Counted from the first letter of the stretch, positions 19,195-29,298 are shown. The stretch: 64,000 nt of DNA from Candidatus Eremiobacteria bacterium (GCA_963758295.1 CAVWUU010000004.1:352001-416000); one strand, 5' to 3'. The notes: generated from the sequence alone by a model not told the origin. A program made the numbers and translations.

Positions 19195-19634
19195 GGGCGC
19201 TCCGATTCTTCGAGCACTAATCGCGTCCCATTGCTTAGCGTGACTCCGTTTGCGTCGATGGAAGCAATCGTAGCGTCTTCGATCGAATCGCCGATGGCTA
19301 AAATCTTCACGGTCCCGCCAGCTTCAACGAGCGCTCGCGGATTTGTGCCGAGCACTACCGCGTGAACGAGCGCCGCAGAGGAACGCGTCTCCGAGGACGA
19401 CGTCAAAATCGCCCGGCCGGGGACGAAAGGATCGCGCGTAGCTTCCAATTGCGGGAAGCGAAACGCTTCTGGAAGCGCAAACGGTTCTTGCGATGCGCCT
19501 ACCGGCTGTGTTTGAGCCGCCGAGGCGATGGACGAAGTGTTAGCCAGCGGCATCAACGCAAACGCGAGACCACAAAGAATCAACCCCGTCTCCAGGAGCC
19601 GCCGTCTTTCGCTATCGCGCAGGGCTGGAAGCAT
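19191..19634 (-). CDS. PilP-like assembly protein
   Basis: RDPF motif and C-terminal beta domain; position between the PilO-like gene and the secretin. Confidence 0.55.
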   Translation of the reverse strand: MLPALRDSERRRLLETGLILCGLAFALMPLANTSSIASAAQTQPVGASQEPFALPEAFRFPQLEATRDPFVPGRAILTSSSETRSSAALVHAVVLGTNPRALVEAGGTVKILAIGDSIEDATIASIDANGVTLSNGTRLVLEESERP

Positions 19635-20202
19635 TGGTGACCTCCGTAACTAGGCCGTTTGCCGGCCGATAGATCGATATTGTTACGTTTGCATCGACAA
19701 CCGGTGCACTGCCGGCTTTTTCGTTTGGAACCCCTTGCGCCGTTAGCGCGGCGTCCTGCACTCCTATGAGCACTCCGTGTTTCGAGAGGTCCGCAAGCAT
19801 TGTCACGATATCCCGAAATCTGCCTCGCAAGCCGACGCTCCAAACGAACCCCTGAAGCCCGTCCGCATCCGGCGTGGCAATTGGCGTTGCGGCATCCGGG
19901 CTAACCGATCGCACCGCCACATTGAGGTGTTTTGCTTGGGAATTCAGCAGTTCCAGTGCCGAAGCGGTGGTTGCGGCGGGCGATCCGTTGAGTTTCGAAA
20001 TGTCGTTGCGAACGCGCCGCGCAGCTATCGCTAACTCTACGCTGCGCCGGATCTTGATTTCGTTTGCATTTGCTTCGTCGTATAAGTCGCGTGCGTGCGC
20101 TTGGACTTCGCGCACGGACTGCTCTGAAGGCTGCACTATAAGACCGTAGCTAGCAACCAAGACCGCGCAGCTCAAGAGGTATAGCGCTCGTCTTGCGATC
20201 AT
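19612..20202 (-). CDS. PilO-like protein
   Basis: N-terminal TM, coiled coil, GRFRDI..L ferredoxin-like domain; operon position. Confidence 0.65.
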   Translation of the reverse strand: MIARRALYLLSCAVLVASYGLIVQPSEQSVREVQAHARDLYDEANANEIKIRRSVELAIAARRVRNDISKLNGSPAATTASALELLNSQAKHLNVAVRSVSPDAATPIATPDADGLQGFVWSVGLRGRFRDIVTMLADLSKHGVLIGVQDAALTAQGVPNEKAGSAPVVDANVTISIYRPANGLVTEVTNASSPAR

Positions 20203-20747
20203 CAAAGGCGGTCCTCCGCGCGCATTTCGAACGACATCACCTGCGATCGGTCGTCCCTGCCGGCACTTATCAAGGCCGGCGCATGGACCGTTCTGCCCGC
20301 CATCAAGCCGGCCACGACGCCCGCGATGGCGTTTACTCCCTCCGCTTTTCCTACGATTTCGACGGATTTTTCGCGACGCGCCAGCGACGTTAACCAAACG
20401 CCGCGCGGAAGGTGATCGGCGACGTCGATGAAGTGCTCGGCTACGATGGACCCGGAAATTCGGACGCCTCTCAGCCGGCGATCGAGCGCGAGGAGGCGGT
20501 CAACTTTTACTCGTGCGAGATTGGTTTGCGCCAGGGCAGCGCGGCTTGCTTCAGCACGCGAAGCCGCCTGAGTTTCGACGCTGCGCGCATCGGTAAGGCG
20601 GTAGCGTTCGATTCCCCCTGCGAACACGACAAACACCAGCGCAGCGATAAAAACTCGAACCGGCGTTTGCAGTTCCGCTGCTATTTTGACATGGCGCAAG
20701 CGATCCAATGGTTCGGGGACCGATTCGTGCAAGTAATCAAAGTTCAT
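20202..20747 (-). CDS. PilN-like protein
   Basis: TM, coiled coil, LPRGVWLTSL motif. Confidence 0.75.
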   Translation of the reverse strand: MNFDYLHESVPEPLDRLRHVKIAAELQTPVRVFIAALVFVVFAGGIERYRLTDARSVETQAASRAEASRAALAQTNLARVKVDRLLALDRRLRGVRISGSIVAEHFIDVADHLPRGVWLTSLARREKSVEIVGKAEGVNAIAGVVAGLMAGRTVHAPALISAGRDDRSQVMSFEMRAEDRL

Positions 20748-21721
20748 CAGGCCTCTCCGCATCGAAGGGCCAGAGCCGCAGCCAAAGTCCAGTCAGGTGC
20801 AGCCGCGCGAATAACGTCATCCGGATAGCTCTCGCTGAATAACGCGTTAGGGACCGGCATCTCGGCCGTTGCATCGGTTGCGCGCGTGATTTCTTCCAGC
20901 AGCCCCGGAAAACGCGCACCGTTACCCGTCACAACGATACGGCCGATCGCCGAGCGCGAACGCGCCTTCTCTACGGTGCCCTTTATCGCCGCAACGAGTT
21001 TGTCTCTCGCCGCGCCGCCGGCTCCCGCCGCGCCAAGGATGCGTTTGCGACGCTCGGCTGTAGCAAAGTCAATCGCGAGATCTCGCGCAATACCACTGCT
21101 CAGATGAACGCCACCGACCGGAATGACGTACGACGTCGGGGCCTCTCCAATGAAAGCATGCAGGATGGAACGATCGCCGCCCACGTCTAGAATCGCATCA
21201 CCCGATGTTAAGAGCGAGCGAAGCGCCAAGGCATCGTGCTCTATTGCTAACAGACGCAGTTTCGCGGCCTTGAACGCAGCTGCGCGCGCCTCTACGGCTT
21301 CGCGCCGAACGACGCCGATGCCATACAGACCCGCGTCGCGATTCGCAAGATGGACGCGAACCAGCGAGCGTTCTTTTTCTAAATCCCATGGCGCAAAGCG
21401 TTGCGCTTCGAACCGGGCGGCACGCGTTCGTTCAGCCCACGTCATCTTAGGCAATTTCATTATCCGAAGCAAAGCATGCGGCGAACCAATAGCTGAAACG
21501 CAGCGCCGTTCGCGCGTGCCAAGCTCGCGGATGAGATCCTCGAGCACTAGCGCGACGAACTCCGAATTTAGCGGTCCTCCCGCTTGATCCGATCCGTCCG
21601 AGAACTCGCGGGAAACGACGGCGCGAATCGTCGCTTCCCCGTCGCCGCTCGACTCGGCCAAAGCGATGCGCACGCGTGTTGTGCCGACGTCGATGCCGAG
21701 CGGCAGCGTCTTCTTTCTCAT
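20747..21721 (-). CDS. pilM: PilM-like actin-fold protein
   Basis: LGIDVG, LDVGG, VTGNGA. Confidence 0.8.
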   Translation of the reverse strand: MRKKTLPLGIDVGTTRVRIALAESSGDGEATIRAVVSREFSDGSDQAGGPLNSEFVALVLEDLIRELGTRERRCVSAIGSPHALLRIMKLPKMTWAERTRAARFEAQRFAPWDLEKERSLVRVHLANRDAGLYGIGVVRREAVEARAAAFKAAKLRLLAIEHDALALRSLLTSGDAILDVGGDRSILHAFIGEAPTSYVIPVGGVHLSSGIARDLAIDFATAERRKRILGAAGAGGAARDKLVAAIKGTVEKARSRSAIGRIVVTGNGARFPGLLEEITRATDATAEMPVPNALFSESYPDDVIRAAAPDWTLAAALALRCGEA

Positions 21722-22332
21722 TTGGCGAGGGCCCGACCGGCGATGACGATTCCAAGCGATGCGGCCAAGTAAGGCGCAAAGCGCACGATCGAGCCGCGTT
21801 GAATCTTTTGCGTTATAAGGCCCGCGCACGCGACTAACGCTCCTAGGACGAACGCGACTCCGAGAACAGTAAAAGCGAGAGCCGGTCCGACCGCAGCCCC
21901 GATCGACGCAGCTAACTTTACGTCACCCAATCCGATGCCGCGCCTGCGAGTAAGGAACCAAAGTCCTAATAGCGCTCCACCGGCACAGCACGCACCCGCT
22001 ATAGCGGAGATCTCGCCACCGCCGGCAGCGGCAAAAGCTATCGTTAGAATCGCGCCCGGTAGCGTTACGCGATCGAACGCATAGCCGCACTGGACGTCCG
22101 TAGCTGCGCAGATCGCCGCGCATGCAAGCGCCGCGGCCGTAGATAGCCAAGCGAAAACGCCGCCCGCTGCAGGCAGCATCGAAACGAAAGCTGCCATCCC
22201 GACGAAAACGGCCGTTTCGCCGCTCCAGCGAGGAAAGACGCTCCGATCTTCCTGCGTCGCGGACGTAGCCGCCAACGCAAACAAACTCGCTAGAGTAAGA
22301 AATACGGCGAACCGTAAAACCGTTTCAGTCAT
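21718..22332 (-). CDS. Prepilin peptidase (A24), short form
   Basis: TD and GLGDVKL catalytic aspartates, FAPYL. Confidence 0.85.
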   Translation of the reverse strand: MTETVLRFAVFLTLASLFALAATSATQEDRSVFPRWSGETAVFVGMAAFVSMLPAAGGVFAWLSTAAALACAAICAATDVQCGYAFDRVTLPGAILTIAFAAAGGGEISAIAGACCAGGALLGLWFLTRRRGIGLGDVKLAASIGAAVGPALAFTVLGVAFVLGALVACAGLITQKIQRGSIVRFAPYLAASLGIVIAGRALAK

Positions 22333-22858
22333 GAGCCCTCTTGAGTCCGCGCAGGGCAGGCACGTATCGCGCGTCGACACGCGTGGCTTCCGTAAAGAGC
22401 CGGCGCGCGGCTATCCGGTCTCCGGCGTGCAGTGCGGCGAAGCCGCCAAACGTCAAGGTCTGCGGATCTCGTGTGAGCTTCCCGGCGCGAGAGAAGTCCG
22501 CTTCCGCCAACGAAAATTTCTTCAACAACTCGAATGCTAGAGCGCGATCCGCCAGAACAATGGAATCATCGCGATGCCTCGCGAGATAGGCTGTTGCGGT
22601 GGCGACGCTCTTCGCAAGCATTTCCGGTGAATGAGACATAATTTCGCTGAAACAAAGCCGGTCGACCGCTTCCCGATCGTTCGCATCCCACGAGATTGCC
22701 CGTTGCCACAGGCGCCGCGCGGATTCGGCGTTGCCACGGTAATTCAAATCGTCGCCTCGTACGACAAGCGCCGAAGAGATCTGCGGACGGAGCAGTAATG
22801 CGGACAACGCTATACCAACGAAGGCGACCGCGGCGCGGCGCAAAAACAGCACGATCAT
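22325..22858 (-). CDS. Membrane-anchored TPR-like protein
   Basis: N-terminal TM followed by Ala-rich helical repeats. Confidence 0.6.
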   Translation of the reverse strand: MIVLFLRRAAVAFVGIALSALLLRPQISSALVVRGDDLNYRGNAESARRLWQRAISWDANDREAVDRLCFSEIMSHSPEMLAKSVATATAYLARHRDDSIVLADRALAFELLKKFSLAEADFSRAGKLTRDPQTLTFGGFAALHAGDRIAARRLFTEATRVDARYVPALRGLKRAHD

Positions 22859-23472
22859 ACGAGCAGCGCGTAGTAGCCGGACATAGCGAGCGCCAAGGCT
22901 CCGGCAACCACCTGAACGGGCATCGCGAACGATCGCAGCTCAAGCGCGCGGCGCACACCGTTAGTTCCGAAACCCGCTACGATCAACGGGAATAAGTGGC
23001 CGGCCAAAAATGCGACGATCAGCAAGCCGGCAAAGGTGCGCCCCGTGCCGGCAGCAATGGCGCCAATCGATACGATGACCGGCGTGCAGCAGGGCGAAAT
23101 GACGAGCGTCATGGCGGTGCCAAGAAAAAACGCTCCACCTAACGGCAGCCTCAGAGCCTTATGAGTACAGCCGCAGCGATCTGCGTCGATCAACGCTCTT
23201 ATACCCGAGAAGGCTAGGGCTGCCGCCAGAACGCCGTAGACATAGGATGAAGCAGCGGCAACGGCCGCGAGTTTTACCGTGCCATAAGCCAACAGCAGCG
23301 TCCCGAACCCGATCCCGGCGATGAACGCACCGGTCGTGCAGGCGCGTTGCCGTCCGCTACTTTCGCCTGCAATCGAGCAAATTGCAAGGAACCGAGGCGC
23401 GACGCACGGACCAAACGAGGTGCCGGCGCCCGCTAAAAAACCTGCGGTCAGTCCGAGAACATTCAGAGTCAC
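22855..23472 (-). CDS. CcdA/DsbD-TM family thiol-redox membrane protein
   Basis: Six TM helices, SFGPCV and SPCCTP motifs. Confidence 0.75.
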   Translation of the reverse strand: MTLNVLGLTAGFLAGAGTSFGPCVAPRFLAICSIAGESSGRQRACTTGAFIAGIGFGTLLLAYGTVKLAAVAAASSYVYGVLAAALAFSGIRALIDADRCGCTHKALRLPLGGAFFLGTAMTLVISPCCTPVIVSIGAIAAGTGRTFAGLLIVAFLAGHLFPLIVAGFGTNGVRRALELRSFAMPVQVVAGALALAMSGYYALLV

Positions 23473-23924
23473 TGGCTCGCTACCGCCGAGAAGCCGCTGG
23501 CGGATGAATACTGAATGTGTGCCGATCCGGTCGTTCCGCCAATCGAACTCATCGTTCCCGGATCATGCTGTCCTGGGCAAATGATCGAATACGAAGCGTT
23601 CCCGGCACTCGCGTTCGTTACCGTAAACTCATAGGTGCCGGACGGGTTAACCGGATCGACGGGGTTCTGTTTCAAATATGCCGACAAATCGGTGTCCGAG
23701 ATCGTGACGGGGGTGCTGTTGCCCGACGGATATTGCTGATGATCCGTCTGATACAATTCCAACACCGTCGCAATCTCTTTGAGATTCGCCTCACAAGCGG
23801 CGGTTTGGGCTTGCGCGCGCGCTCGGATGAAGTTTGGGACGAGGATCGCAACTAAAATTGCAATGATCGCGACAACGATCATCATCTCGATTAAGGTAAA
23901 CCCGCGCTCGCCTTCGCGTTCCAT
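23469..23924 (-). CDS. Type IV pilin/pseudopilin
   Basis: Class III signal RG|FTLIEMMIVVAII; GGAGG RBS. Confidence 0.93.
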   Translation of the reverse strand: MEREGERGFTLIEMMIVVAIIAILVAILVPNFIRARAQAQTAACEANLKEIATVLELYQTDHQQYPSGNSTPVTISDTDLSAYLKQNPVDPVNPSGTYEFTVTNASAGNASYSIICPGQHDPGTMSSIGGTTGSAHIQYSSASGFSAVASQ

Positions 23925-23966
23925 TCATCCTCCATTCGTACGCTGCAATAACAGCAAGTGCCCGAA

Positions 23967-24641
23967 CTATGCGCTCTGAGGACGAGCGTAGGGCGATAAC
24001 TTCTTCAATGCGCCGCGATGCAAGCGGCTCAAATGACGCCGAGAATATCCCAGCCGCTCCGCAAGATCGGCCAGCGGCGTATCGAGCTCGTAAATCTCAA
24101 CGATGATCCGGCGTTCCAACGACGTTAGTTGCGCGAGCGCATGCTGAACGTCGAGCCGGTCCAGTTGTCTATCCAACGTATAGGAAAGCGCCTTGTGTTC
24201 GAACGGACGGAGCGTCTCAACGGATAACATGGCAGTATTGCGGCGATACCGCGATATCTCGCGCTGTTCTTCTGCCGTCGCGCCGATAACGGCACCGATC
24301 TCTGCTGCTTCCGGTTCTCGCCCGAGCGAGATCCAGAGATCGCGTTCTGCGGCAAGCCAACGTCTATCCAATTCGTGCAAACGCCGGGGAGCGCGCACGA
24401 CTCGTTCGCCGTCCCGCACGTAATGCATCAATTCTCCAAGCACCATCACCCATGCATATGCCTCGAAGGGGGTGCCGTTTTCTAAATCATAGCGGTCCGC
24501 CGCCTTGATCAAGCCAATAGCGGCAACCTGCTCCAGATCGCGCTTGTCCAGCCCCTTGCGCCAGAACTTGCGCGCGGCACGCGGACACAGGTAATGGTGT
24601 TCCTCGATCAAGCGTTGACGGGATTCCGAACGGTCGTTCAC
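23967..24641 (-). CDS. SigB/SigF-family sigma factor
   Basis: DLEQVAAIGLIKAADRYD, GELMHYVRD, LGREP, C-terminal HTH. Confidence 0.88.
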   Translation of the reverse strand: MNDRSESRQRLIEEHHYLCPRAARKFWRKGLDKRDLEQVAAIGLIKAADRYDLENGTPFEAYAWVMVLGELMHYVRDGERVVRAPRRLHELDRRWLAAERDLWISLGREPEAAEIGAVIGATAEEQREISRYRRNTAMLSVETLRPFEHKALSYTLDRQLDRLDVQHALAQLTSLERRIIVEIYELDTPLADLAERLGYSRRHLSRLHRGALKKLSPYARPQSA

Positions 24642-25858
24642 TTAATGCTCCCGATTAACGAATATAGCGGAATGAGGATGGAAGCGACGATCGTTCCGAC
24701 CACGGCGCCGAGAAAGAGCATCGAGACCGGCTCTATGATGCTTCCAAGTTGCGCTATCGCAGTCTCTACGTCGAGCTCGCAATAGGATGCGATCCGCAGC
24801 AGCATCGTCGGTAACGTCCCGCTCTCTTCTCCAACGCGCACCAATTGAAGTGCTAGCGAATCGAAGAGTTTTGAAGCGCCCATCGGAGTGGTTAATGGAT
24901 CGCCGTTCGACAGCGCTTCAGAAAGCTTGGCGACTCCACAGCGGTAGACGCAATTGTCCATCACATCCTCGCACGCGTGCAATGCGCCGATGATAGGAAC
25001 GCCCGATTCCAGCAGCGTCCCAAATGTCCGAGTAAATCGCGCTATTGCGACGTTTCTTAGAATCGTTCCGGCAGCCGGCAACAATAATTTCAGTTCATCG
25101 CACTTTAGTGAAAGGCGCGGCGATCGGCGGATAAGGGCAACAGCGACCGCGAACGCGCACGGGACGAGGACTAGGGCGATCCATGCCAGCGGCGTACCGA
25201 GCGCCTTGCCGATAGCAATGAGGATTCGCGTCGACACCGGCAAGTCGACGTGCATTTCGGTAAACATGACTGCGAATGATGGGACGGTGTTTCCGATAAG
25301 AAATAAGACCAGGGCTGCGGCCGAAGCGGCGACGATTACGGGGTAGGTCAATGCGGAGCCGACGCGCTTGCGGATTTCCCGATCTCGTTCCAGCAGCGAT
25401 GCAAGACGTTCGAGGACCCGGTCCAGTGCGCCGCCCACCTCGCCGGCGCGTACCATTGCTACGAATAACGCGGAGAACTCTCGAGGCCTTTTCTTCATTG
25501 CCTCCGACAGGGCGCTTCCCGATTCGATGTCTGATGCAACCGATTCGAGCGCCTCTCTAAATCTTGCATCGCGGCAGGCCTCTATGGAAACATCTAAGGC
25601 ACGTCGCAAGGGGACGCCGGCGGCCGTCATTGTTGCCAGCGACCGGAAGAACGCGACCTTGATCCGCGAACTCACCGGAAACGCCGTAAATACTGCCGCG
25701 GCAATTCCACGTGACGATGCTCGTTCTTCGAGAGACGTAACGTATAAGGCACGCGTTCGTAAGTGCATTAGCGCGTGGGCGACGTCTTCTGCCTCCAACG
25801 CGCCCGCCACAAAGCCGCCTTTGGCGTTTCGCGCCGTATATGCAAATGTTAGCGCCAT
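24638..25858 (-). CDS. pilC: PilC/GspF platform protein
   Basis: AGVPL, AGEVGG, YP, GEESG, IEP motifs. Confidence 0.92.
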   Translation of the reverse strand: MALTFAYTARNAKGGFVAGALEAEDVAHALMHLRTRALYVTSLEERASSRGIAAAVFTAFPVSSRIKVAFFRSLATMTAAGVPLRRALDVSIEACRDARFREALESVASDIESGSALSEAMKKRPREFSALFVAMVRAGEVGGALDRVLERLASLLERDREIRKRVGSALTYPVIVAASAAALVLFLIGNTVPSFAVMFTEMHVDLPVSTRILIAIGKALGTPLAWIALVLVPCAFAVAVALIRRSPRLSLKCDELKLLLPAAGTILRNVAIARFTRTFGTLLESGVPIIGALHACEDVMDNCVYRCGVAKLSEALSNGDPLTTPMGASKLFDSLALQLVRVGEESGTLPTMLLRIASYCELDVETAIAQLGSIIEPVSMLFLGAVVGTIVASILIPLYSLIGSIK

Positions 25859-26942
25859 TACACGGCCGACCTCGGCATACGTGCCCATCTCTTCGGTTCG
25901 CCGGCCGATCGCCCGCGCGTGACGGGGATCGATCGCTCCGGCGGTGAGGAGCTGCGCAATATGCTGTTCCAGGGTTTGCATTCCTACTGCTCTCCCGGTG
26001 AGCATCACATTGCGCAATTGATGCGTGCGCGCTTCGCGTACAATCGAACGAACCGCATCCGTGGCGATCAATACTTCGGAAACCGCCTGTCGCCCTGAAC
26101 CGTCGGCTCGCGGGACCAAGTGCTGGCACACGATGGCGAGCGAGCACCTGTGAGAGTTGCGTGCGGACCTGTGCCTGGTCGCCGCCATTGAAAGCATCGA
26201 TGATACGCTCTATCGTCTCTACGGCATTACCGGTGTGCAGCGTGGCAAGGACGAGGTGGCCCGTTTCTGCTGCGACTAGCGCCGCTTGCATCGTTTGAAT
26301 GTTACGCATCTCTCCCACCACGATCACGTCGGGATCCGCGCGCAGCGCACCGTGCAAACCATCGGCGAACGAACGCGTATCGCGTCCCACTTCGCGTTGC
26401 GTGATTAGAGATCGCTTGTTCACGTGCCGGTATTCGATGGGATCTTCGATCGTCACGATCCGTCGAGCAGAAGTCGAATTGATGCGGTCGATGGCCGCCG
26501 CGAGCGAAGTCGATTTTCCGGAGCCTGTTGGACCGGTGAATAGGATCAAACCACGATCGTGGTCGCAAAGCGTGCCCACCACGTCCGGAAGACCGAGCGT
26601 TTCCAGTTGTGGCACATGAAGGCTCAGAAGCCGAATTGCGAGCGCCGGCGCATCGGCACTCCTGAAGGCGTGAATGCGCATGGGGCCGGCTTCATCCTCA
26701 ATCCAAGCGGCGGACACGTCAATGCCGCCTTCCACGGCCTCCATCGTTTCCGCGCCCAACAAGTGCGTGGCGATCGTTCGTATATCAACTGCTTCCAGCG
26801 TTACCCCCGGCGATGCGTGCAGTTCTCCGTCGATTCTCACAACGGGAACCATGCCCGCACAAAGGTGCAGGTCCGAAGCATTTTGCCGGCGCGCGTAACG
26901 CAGGGCGTCCAGCAGACGCAGATACGGCATCGCCGCGCTCAT
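25858..26942 (-). pseudogene. pilT: PilT retraction ATPase with apparent frameshift(s), possibly assembly error
   Basis: ASDLHL, GPTGSGKST, LRADPD, AETGHLV in one frame; AIVCQHL..GMQT continues in another frame from ~26138. Confidence 0.8.
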
Positions 26943-28204
26943 AAGCTCTCACCGACAACAAGCACCCGGCGCAATTCCGCGACGTTCGTTTCGCCGCGCA
27001 TGACTCGGCGTATACCGTCTGCAAGCATCGGCTCGTATCCGGCGCTCGAAGCGATGCCCGCCAGGACCGAAGGCGCAGCGGCAGCCGCTATCGCTTCCCG
27101 GAGCTCACCGTTCACCGGCATAAGTTCGAAGAGCCCAATTCGCCCGCTGTATCCGGTTTCGCCGCACTCGCGGCATCCCAACGTTGCGAAGACTTCGGCA
27201 TTTCGGTCCAGCCCGAGAAGCTCGGCGTCGTCACGCGATATCACCGTTCTTTGTTTGCAACGCTCGCACAACCGGCGAACGAGTCGTTGCGCAACCACGG
27301 CAGATAAGCCGGCGGCGATAGCCTGTCGTTTCAGACCGAGTTCGGCCAAACGTTCGATCGTGCGTGTCGCGTCTGCGGCATGAAGGCTCGTGAAGACCAA
27401 TTGGCCGGAGAGAGCCGCCGACATGGCGGCATTTGCCGTTTCGGCATCACGCATCTCGCCAACCATAATCACATTTGGGTCTTGTCGCAGTAACGCTCGA
27501 AGCGCGCTTGAAAACGTGATTCCGGCGCGGAAGTTCACCTGCACTTGCGCGACTCCGGCGATTCGAACTTCTACCGGATCCTCGACGGTGCAGATGTGCT
27601 GTCCGGGCACGTTTCTTTCGTTCAGGGACGCGTACAGCGTCGTGGTCTTGCCGCTTCCGGTCGGGCCGCACGCGATGACGAAACCATGCGGCGCATTCAC
27701 AATGTCTCGATATCGCTTCAAAAGCCCCGCAGGAATCCCAAGGTGATCCAAGCGTGCAGCTTGTACGCGCATGTCGAGCAGGCGAACCACAAGCTTTTCG
27801 CCGGAGATCGTTGGCATCGAAGACACGCGCGCGTCGATCGACCGGCCGTGCGATTCAAGATCGTACCTACCGTCCTGAGGCTGCCGTTTATCCGAAATAT
27901 CCATGCCCGCGAGCAATTTTACTCGCGACACTACCTGCGCTAAGAGTGCGTTCGAAAGCGTTGCGCTCTCCCGAAGAATACCGTCGACGCGTTGCCGAAC
28001 GCGTCCGCCATCCGTTGTCGGCTCGATATGAATGTCCGAGGCGCCGGCCGCGGCCGCGCTTTGGTGGAGGTCGTCTACGAACCGGATGGCCGGCGCGGTA
28101 TCTTCGCGATCGTCGAGCGCCTCGATGGCCGCGGCGGCGGAGCTGCCGTTTTTGAATGTCTCCTCGAGTGCAAAAGCACTGCGAGGCTCTGTCGAAAGAG
28201 CCAC
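26939..28204 (-). CDS. pilB: PilB/GspE assembly ATPase (short N-terminus)
   Basis: ASDIHIEP, GPTGSGKTTT, LRQDP, tetracysteine motif, GYSGR. Confidence 0.92.
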   Translation of the reverse strand: MALSTEPRSAFALEETFKNGSSAAAAIEALDDREDTAPAIRFVDDLHQSAAAAGASDIHIEPTTDGGRVRQRVDGILRESATLSNALLAQVVSRVKLLAGMDISDKRQPQDGRYDLESHGRSIDARVSSMPTISGEKLVVRLLDMRVQAARLDHLGIPAGLLKRYRDIVNAPHGFVIACGPTGSGKTTTLYASLNERNVPGQHICTVEDPVEVRIAGVAQVQVNFRAGITFSSALRALLRQDPNVIMVGEMRDAETANAAMSAALSGQLVFTSLHAADATRTIERLAELGLKRQAIAAGLSAVVAQRLVRRLCERCKQRTVISRDDAELLGLDRNAEVFATLGCRECGETGYSGRIGLFELMPVNGELREAIAAAAAPSVLAGIASSAGYEPMLADGIRRVMRGETNVAELRRVLVVGESL

Positions 28205-28427
28205 ACCCGTTCTCCCTGGCAGAACAATATTTGGACGAGCGTTACAGTCAAGCGCTCGTCAGGACTCTGTTATCGCATAAAGGCAACAAGGCTGCAATAA
28301 GTCCGCAGCAGATTTTTGCCTTAATGTCTTGTACCTCGTGCGCGTGGGCACTCAGTTTCGTCAAATAGGTTGTTTTATGGACAAAAACACCTATGTGCGA
28401 ATCGCCGCTATGATCGCGCCGGCGGTT

Positions 28428-28459
28428 AAACGAGGGCGCCGATTCGGCGCCCTCGTTTT
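28428..28459. terminator. Hairpin terminator after thyX
   Basis: AAACGAGGGCGCCG-ATT-CGGCGCCCTCGTTT perfect 14-bp stem. Confidence 0.85.
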
Positions 28460-28460
28460 G

Positions 28461-29288
28461 TTAGCTCGACGTACCGGCCGGTTTAGCCGATGCGAGCTCG
28501 CCTTCAATCGCTTTTCGCATCTGAACCCAGCCTTTGAAGTTCGCGTGGAATTCCACATCTTCGGCAGGTGTTGCGACGTGTTCGAACGGGCTCAAATGAC
28601 CGTCTGTTTTCAAACGGGCGAACAGGTCGAGATCCGCTTGAATGTCGCGCTTTCCGTCATGAGTCAGGTATGATACGCGAGCGCAGCGCGCTACGCTGAT
28701 CTTCTGCTGTTCTTCGATCGGCAGATTCCGTTCGTCGTCCTGAAGCAGCGGCAAATGCCAATCGCCTATCTCCACCTGCGCGGGAACGCCGGATTCATAT
28801 CGATCGCGAACAAGATTTGCAGCGACGCGAATTTCCGGCTGCGCGTTCGGCGCGCAACGCAAATCGAAAAAATTCTGCCATTCAGTGGACGTCACAATAA
28901 CCGTGTGCCACATGAAAGGCTCGAGGATCCGGTTAGTTACTTGTTTGTGAACGTGCAAGTCCGCGAATCGCCTTGCCGTTTCAACCGCCGAGTCCCGAGC
29001 GATCAGCCAGGTATCCCGTGCTGCTTCCTGTTCTGCAGATTGCAACTCTTCATCCGCAGACATGCCCTTTTTATTCTTGCCCCATTCGACGGGCATTGCA
29101 GGTTCTTGCATCACGCGCTCGATCAATTTGCTCGTTGGTATTGCACGAGAACTCGCGCTATTTCGAGAAAAATTCCTGTGCGTGTTCCATTCGGACAGAA
29201 TGAAGCGGGGGAACGTTACCTCCATTGTGGTGAGCCGTACCCCCGCCGGACTTATCGAGTCAAGCAGAATGCGAGCCGAGAAACCCAT
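28461..29288 (-). CDS. thyX: Flavin-dependent thymidylate synthase
   Basis: THRNFSRNSASSR motif, LR..AQPEIR, CARVSY, HLSPFEH. Confidence 0.85.
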   Translation of the reverse strand: MGFSARILLDSISPAGVRLTTMEVTFPRFILSEWNTHRNFSRNSASSRAIPTSKLIERVMQEPAMPVEWGKNKKGMSADEELQSAEQEAARDTWLIARDSAVETARRFADLHVHKQVTNRILEPFMWHTVIVTSTEWQNFFDLRCAPNAQPEIRVAANLVRDRYESGVPAQVEIGDWHLPLLQDDERNLPIEEQQKISVARCARVSYLTHDGKRDIQADLDLFARLKTDGHLSPFEHVATPAEDVEFHANFKGWVQMRKAIEGELASAKPAGTSS

Positions 29289-29298
29289 TTAGCCTAAA

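Noticed and set aside
28205..28400. c-di-GMP riboswitch or hammerhead ribozyme before pilB
   Set aside because: GGCAAA, CTGACGA and GAAA fragments are present but the required stems and order are not
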